This document shows, one piece after another, positions 59,648 through 64,000 of a stretch of DNA of 64,000 bases; position 1 is the first letter of the stretch; each line of letters begins with the position of its first letter. Source of the DNA: Cenococcum geophilum. Its lineage: Eukaryota. The notes beneath the pieces were generated by a model. It saw nothing but the letters and a program-made list of their open reading frames with translations, made no database searches and was not told the DNA's origin. The position numbers and the translations under genes were made by a program. The stretch covers positions 7,874,001 through 7,938,000 of the forward strand of contig CP158636.1 of the NCBI GenBank assembly GCA_050273025.1, given 5' to 3'.

Positions 59648-62600
59648 TGTTAGAAACATAGGGTGACTCACCAATAACAACTACTCGAGTAGGGTTATAG
59701 TGATATTAGTTAATTCTTATTGATAGAAATAAGGAAAGGGGTAAGGAACTTAAGGTTCCTTACCACGCTAGGGCCACGTCAACACGTGACGGCAATATGC
59801 TTCATGTGACGGCAACTTACCTCATTCCCGACACTAGCAACTCTTCTTTTTATGGTTACTATATATATATATATAAACAGACAGTATATAATAATACCAG
59901 ACAATATATAACAAAACCAGATAATATATAACAAAACCAGACGATATATAATAATACGGCAGTTAGCAGAATTTAGTAGATAACGCGAAGACGGGTGGGC
60001 CGCTAAGACGCTAGTAGTAAGTAAGCTAATAGCGATTTTCTATACCGGGCATAGAAAATCCTAATTAGTTAGCAGAAGTCTATACTGCCACCTAAATTAA
60101 TTAGGCGCGGCGCTCTTAGCAAAAATCTAACTAATTAGATAACTTTAACCGGCGGTTAAAGTTTTATAAAATCTTAACTTTTCTAAATTTCCCTCTTAAC
60201 CTAACCTTTAACTTATATACGTAGAGTATTTATATTAATAAACGTCTCTAGTGCCTTATTTAGGTTTACCTTTATTATTATATCTACTAGGTTATCTTAG
60301 CTATTAATCCATTAGATCTTAAAGAGTTCTTAACGCTTATAGGACTGCTAAAGTGCCATAATATTAATTATAAGACGCTTCTTCTTTATAGTATTAAGCT
60401 TAACTAAACACTTATAGAGGGAATATAAGTCGGTGTATATAATTATAGGGATAGCGGGAAGTTTAAGCCGGTCTATAATTATCTTAAGGGTAGTTCCAAT
60501 TATAATTGCTATATTAACTCCGCCGACTATTCTATATATCTCTAACGCTAAAACGCTTTAAATAACGCGCTTATTTTTAGTTAAGCTCTAATAAATAAGG
60601 TTGCTATAGATCATAAAGTCATTCTCTCTAGTAGATTCGTTTATAATAATAATCTTATATCCTAGCTAGGAGCTAAAATCTTTATTATTTATAAATAATC
60701 TATTAACAAATATAAAGAGCTTAGCGGTAGGAAGGTTAATAGGTATATAGAGTAGTCCCCTATTAAGATGGTTTATTTACCAGGAAAGACGCTTATTTAG
60801 GGTAAGAATATCATCTTTAGTTAGTTTCTAGTATTAAGCGGCAATAGAGAGATTAAAGGAAGCCTTAAATTAATAGATAGAAGCCATATAAGCTCTACAA
60901 GCGCGTTACTCTATATATCCTTACTTTAGAGAATTAATATTAATAACGTTAATCTTCTTACCTTAACCCTTCTAGCGTAAAGCAATGGAGCCCTTATTTA
61001 GGGAAAGGATACATCTATTAAAGAGTAATAGTATTGCTAAGTTAAGTCTTTCCTTTAGCTTTACTATAAGGTTTACCTTTACTAGCTTATCTTCTTTAAG
61101 AGCTAAGAATTAGTCGTCTCCTAAGATAATTATATCATCCGTTTATATACCAATGATTCCAAATAGAGTTCCCGTAGTTATAATAAGGAAGCAGGGATTA
61201 AATATAGAAGTAGTTATTAAAAGCTTCTCCTTATAGTGCTTGCTATAGGTAGCCTACTAATAAGTTCCTACCTCTGCAATTCTATATAATGGCTTAAGTA
61301 TAACCATAATCGTATCCTTAGGATATTAGTGGCAAATTTGCTCTAAAAGGTATGCTAGTATTAAGCGCTAAAGGCGCGTCTCTAATTAGGTATAGGCCTA
61401 AGTAATATCTTATAGGTAAACCGCCATCCCATTCTTTATTAAGGAGGGAGCTAGCATAATAATAACTTATTAACTAGCTTGTTAAATTATAGGGGATTAT
61501 ATAAGGATTACTTCCTTACCATTATTATTATAACCTTAAATAACTAGCCTTAACTTCTTAAATAGGGTATTAGTAGCTTTGCCTTTAATCTTATTAACTA
61601 TTCTTAACTTAAATATATGGACTCTATTAAACTTAGTAGGGTTATATTTCTTAAATTTAAAAACTCCTCTTATAATAAGACCGTTAATTTCCTACTTATT
61701 AAATACTTAGAAAGGAGCTCCTGGAGTTATAATACGGCCTTCCTTTTAAAGCTGTTTTGCGAGTTTAAAGTTAGCCTTCTCTTTAGCTATTATAAAGGCT
61801 ATTAATAGTTTATTTCTATTCTTAATAGTAGTAACAAATTGCTCTTTAAAATTAATAAAATATTAGCAATTTTATAATCCCTTTAGGCGACCTTTACCGC
61901 GTTATAGTTACGGTACGTCTACTATAATTATATTAAAATTGCCTTCACCTTCTAGAGCACGTTAATTATAGTTCTCCTCTAGGGTATCCTCTAGGGCATC
62001 CTATAAAGGCTTAAAGCTATTATCCTTATAGTAGGGCTTAATAATAGTTAAGTGGAATTAAGTAGGTCTATAGGGCATCTAAAGAGTATAAGTTTAACTA
62101 TTAATTATAATAAGTTTATATAGGCCTAACTATCCTCCCTTTTTACGCTATACGCGTACCTCTAATTAGAGTGGCAGATTAAGCGTAGTTAAGGTATTTA
62201 GGCCATTTCTTATTCCTAGTATGTTGTTAACCTAGCGCGTGGCGTAGAGACATTATACCTCCTTTATTACCTTACAAATAGCCTTAGCTTATTATATAAT
62301 AAAGGGAGATAGTAGAGAATTATTAGTTATTTAAGGGTAGGCGCTAAAGACTAGCAATATAGGTATAAGCCTATCTAGGCTAGCGGTATTATTAATAGCC
62401 TTAATAGCCATCTATAGAATAAGCTCTTTGCTAGCACCCTCTAGTTCTAAAGAAATAATCTTATATACGCGGCGTAATAGTATATAATATCGTTCTACTT
62501 TTCTAATACTATTATATGCCTTAACGGGGACTTCCTTAACCTTAATTATTATTGCCTTTACCTATTATCAAAACTCCGTAAATAAGAAGTTCTTTCCTAT

Positions 62601-64000
62601 ATTATAAATAATTTAATTAGGGGGTCCTAGGTAGACATTAATCTAGTATAATTAAAGAGTATCCTATACGTTCCTAGCTAATATATCTTTTAAAAAGCGT
62701 GCGGCTTAGAAGGAGGTTAAGAAGTTAATAACTTAGAGTACTAGCTTGCCGCTAAGATATATAATATCTATAATAATATAGAAGTTAAAGTTATAGTTAT
62801 CTTTAAGAGTAAACTTAAATCGGCTAGGGGACTTCTAGTTTATTTAGCAGTAGTAGCAGTACTTTATAAGATATTTAATTACCTTAACCTTAACTTTATA
62901 ACCTATTCACTAAAGGACCCTAAGCAATTAGTAAACAGATAGGTGGCCAAAACAACGGTATAGTTAATATAACTCTAACTTAGTTAGGTAGCTCTAAGTA
63001 ACGCTCCTTTCTAGCTATTAAAAGAGTAATTAAGGGTAACCCTACTTACGTACAACGGGCACCTAATTATCTCCCTAGACAAGTATATTCTTAAGGTTAT
63101 TAAGCTTAATACCTAATTTATCTATATCTTAGATATAGAATAGGAATAGGGTGTTCGCGGGGATAATATAGAAAGTAATATATCCTAACGGGGTTTAGAC
63201 CTTAATTATGCCAAGAAAGATTATAGTACCCTTACTAAAGCAAATTGTATATTAGCCTACTATTAATTAGTTAATTTAAATAGAGCTATTAAGCTACTAA
63301 AGAGCTTAAACTTAAGGCTCTCCTACTATAGATACTCCTGCGGCTCTAGTATCTAGTATAATGCTATAAAAGACGTTCGCTAAGTATCTATCATTAAAGG
63401 AGAATATAGAACTTTCCTTTAGCTTATTAAAGATATCTAACTTTATAATAGAATAGAGCGTAGATTAGTTATTAAGGATAGCAACGGTTTATATACCATT
63501 TACCTTACCATACTTAATAAAGTATTAGTTGGGAGAGTAGTCCTTAATTTCTATATCTATAAGGAGCTATTCGGCCTTATTAACCTCACCCTTAAGATCT
63601 TCTTCGCCTTTATATTAAACTAGGAAGTTTTAGAAGTAGGCTATAGTAACCTCTTGGTTTTTAACGTTTTATATACTCTGGCGAAACCTATTATATACCT
63701 CCTTTCGTCTATTAAGAGGGTGTCTAGTTAACTAGTAATTTGGCTTCTTATAAATATAGCACTTCTTTTAATAATTGCTCCAAAGTGAACCTCTATAAGG
63801 ACCTCCATAATTACCTTATAGTTAACGTTAATTATACCCTTTACTATATCCCCTACTACGTCTACTATATATTTAATCAGTCTAGTTATAATTATATTAG
63901 TTAGCCGGGTTAATTAAGGTAGGTTAAAGTTAGGCGTTAAATTACTATACTTCTTAAAAGCGTAGAGCGGTGCTAATAGAGGATTTTAATTAAGTATATA
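59648..64000 (-). mobile_element. GalEa-type Copia copy extending beyond the window
   Basis: 3' LTR 59648-59833 is the reverse complement of 52926-53113; the interior mirrors RH-RT-INT-PR-gag of the + copy. Confidence 0.92.

Overview
Eukaryotic DNA from a filamentous ascomycete (Pezizomycotina; the DDI1 and HET-6-type sequences suggest a Dothideomycete, tentatively). The window has three parts. (1) 1-17.8 kb is an AT-rich, RIP-mutated transposon nest: a full Copia LTR element, a Copia RT/RNase H relic, a pogo/Fot1 element containing a Tc1/IS630 element, and a Ginger2-like integrase DNA transposon with long TIRs. (2) ~18-45 kb is a GC-balanced island with five apparently intact genes (GNAT acetyltransferase, DDI1, RRP8, HPPK-DHPS FOL1, nitronate monooxygenase). 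It also holds a frameshifted membrane-protein gene between 18-bp direct repeats, an un-RIPed TIR element with a DUF6589/Academ-like ORF just upstream of RRP8, and pseudogenes (BTB-like, TPR/NLR-like, GMC/CDH-like, HET). (3) 45.3-64 kb is a second RIP-mutated nest: a LINE relic, three nested GalEa-type Copia copies and a small non-autonomous LTR element. Element boundaries and TSDs were read by eye. Protein family calls come from motif recognition, not database searches.
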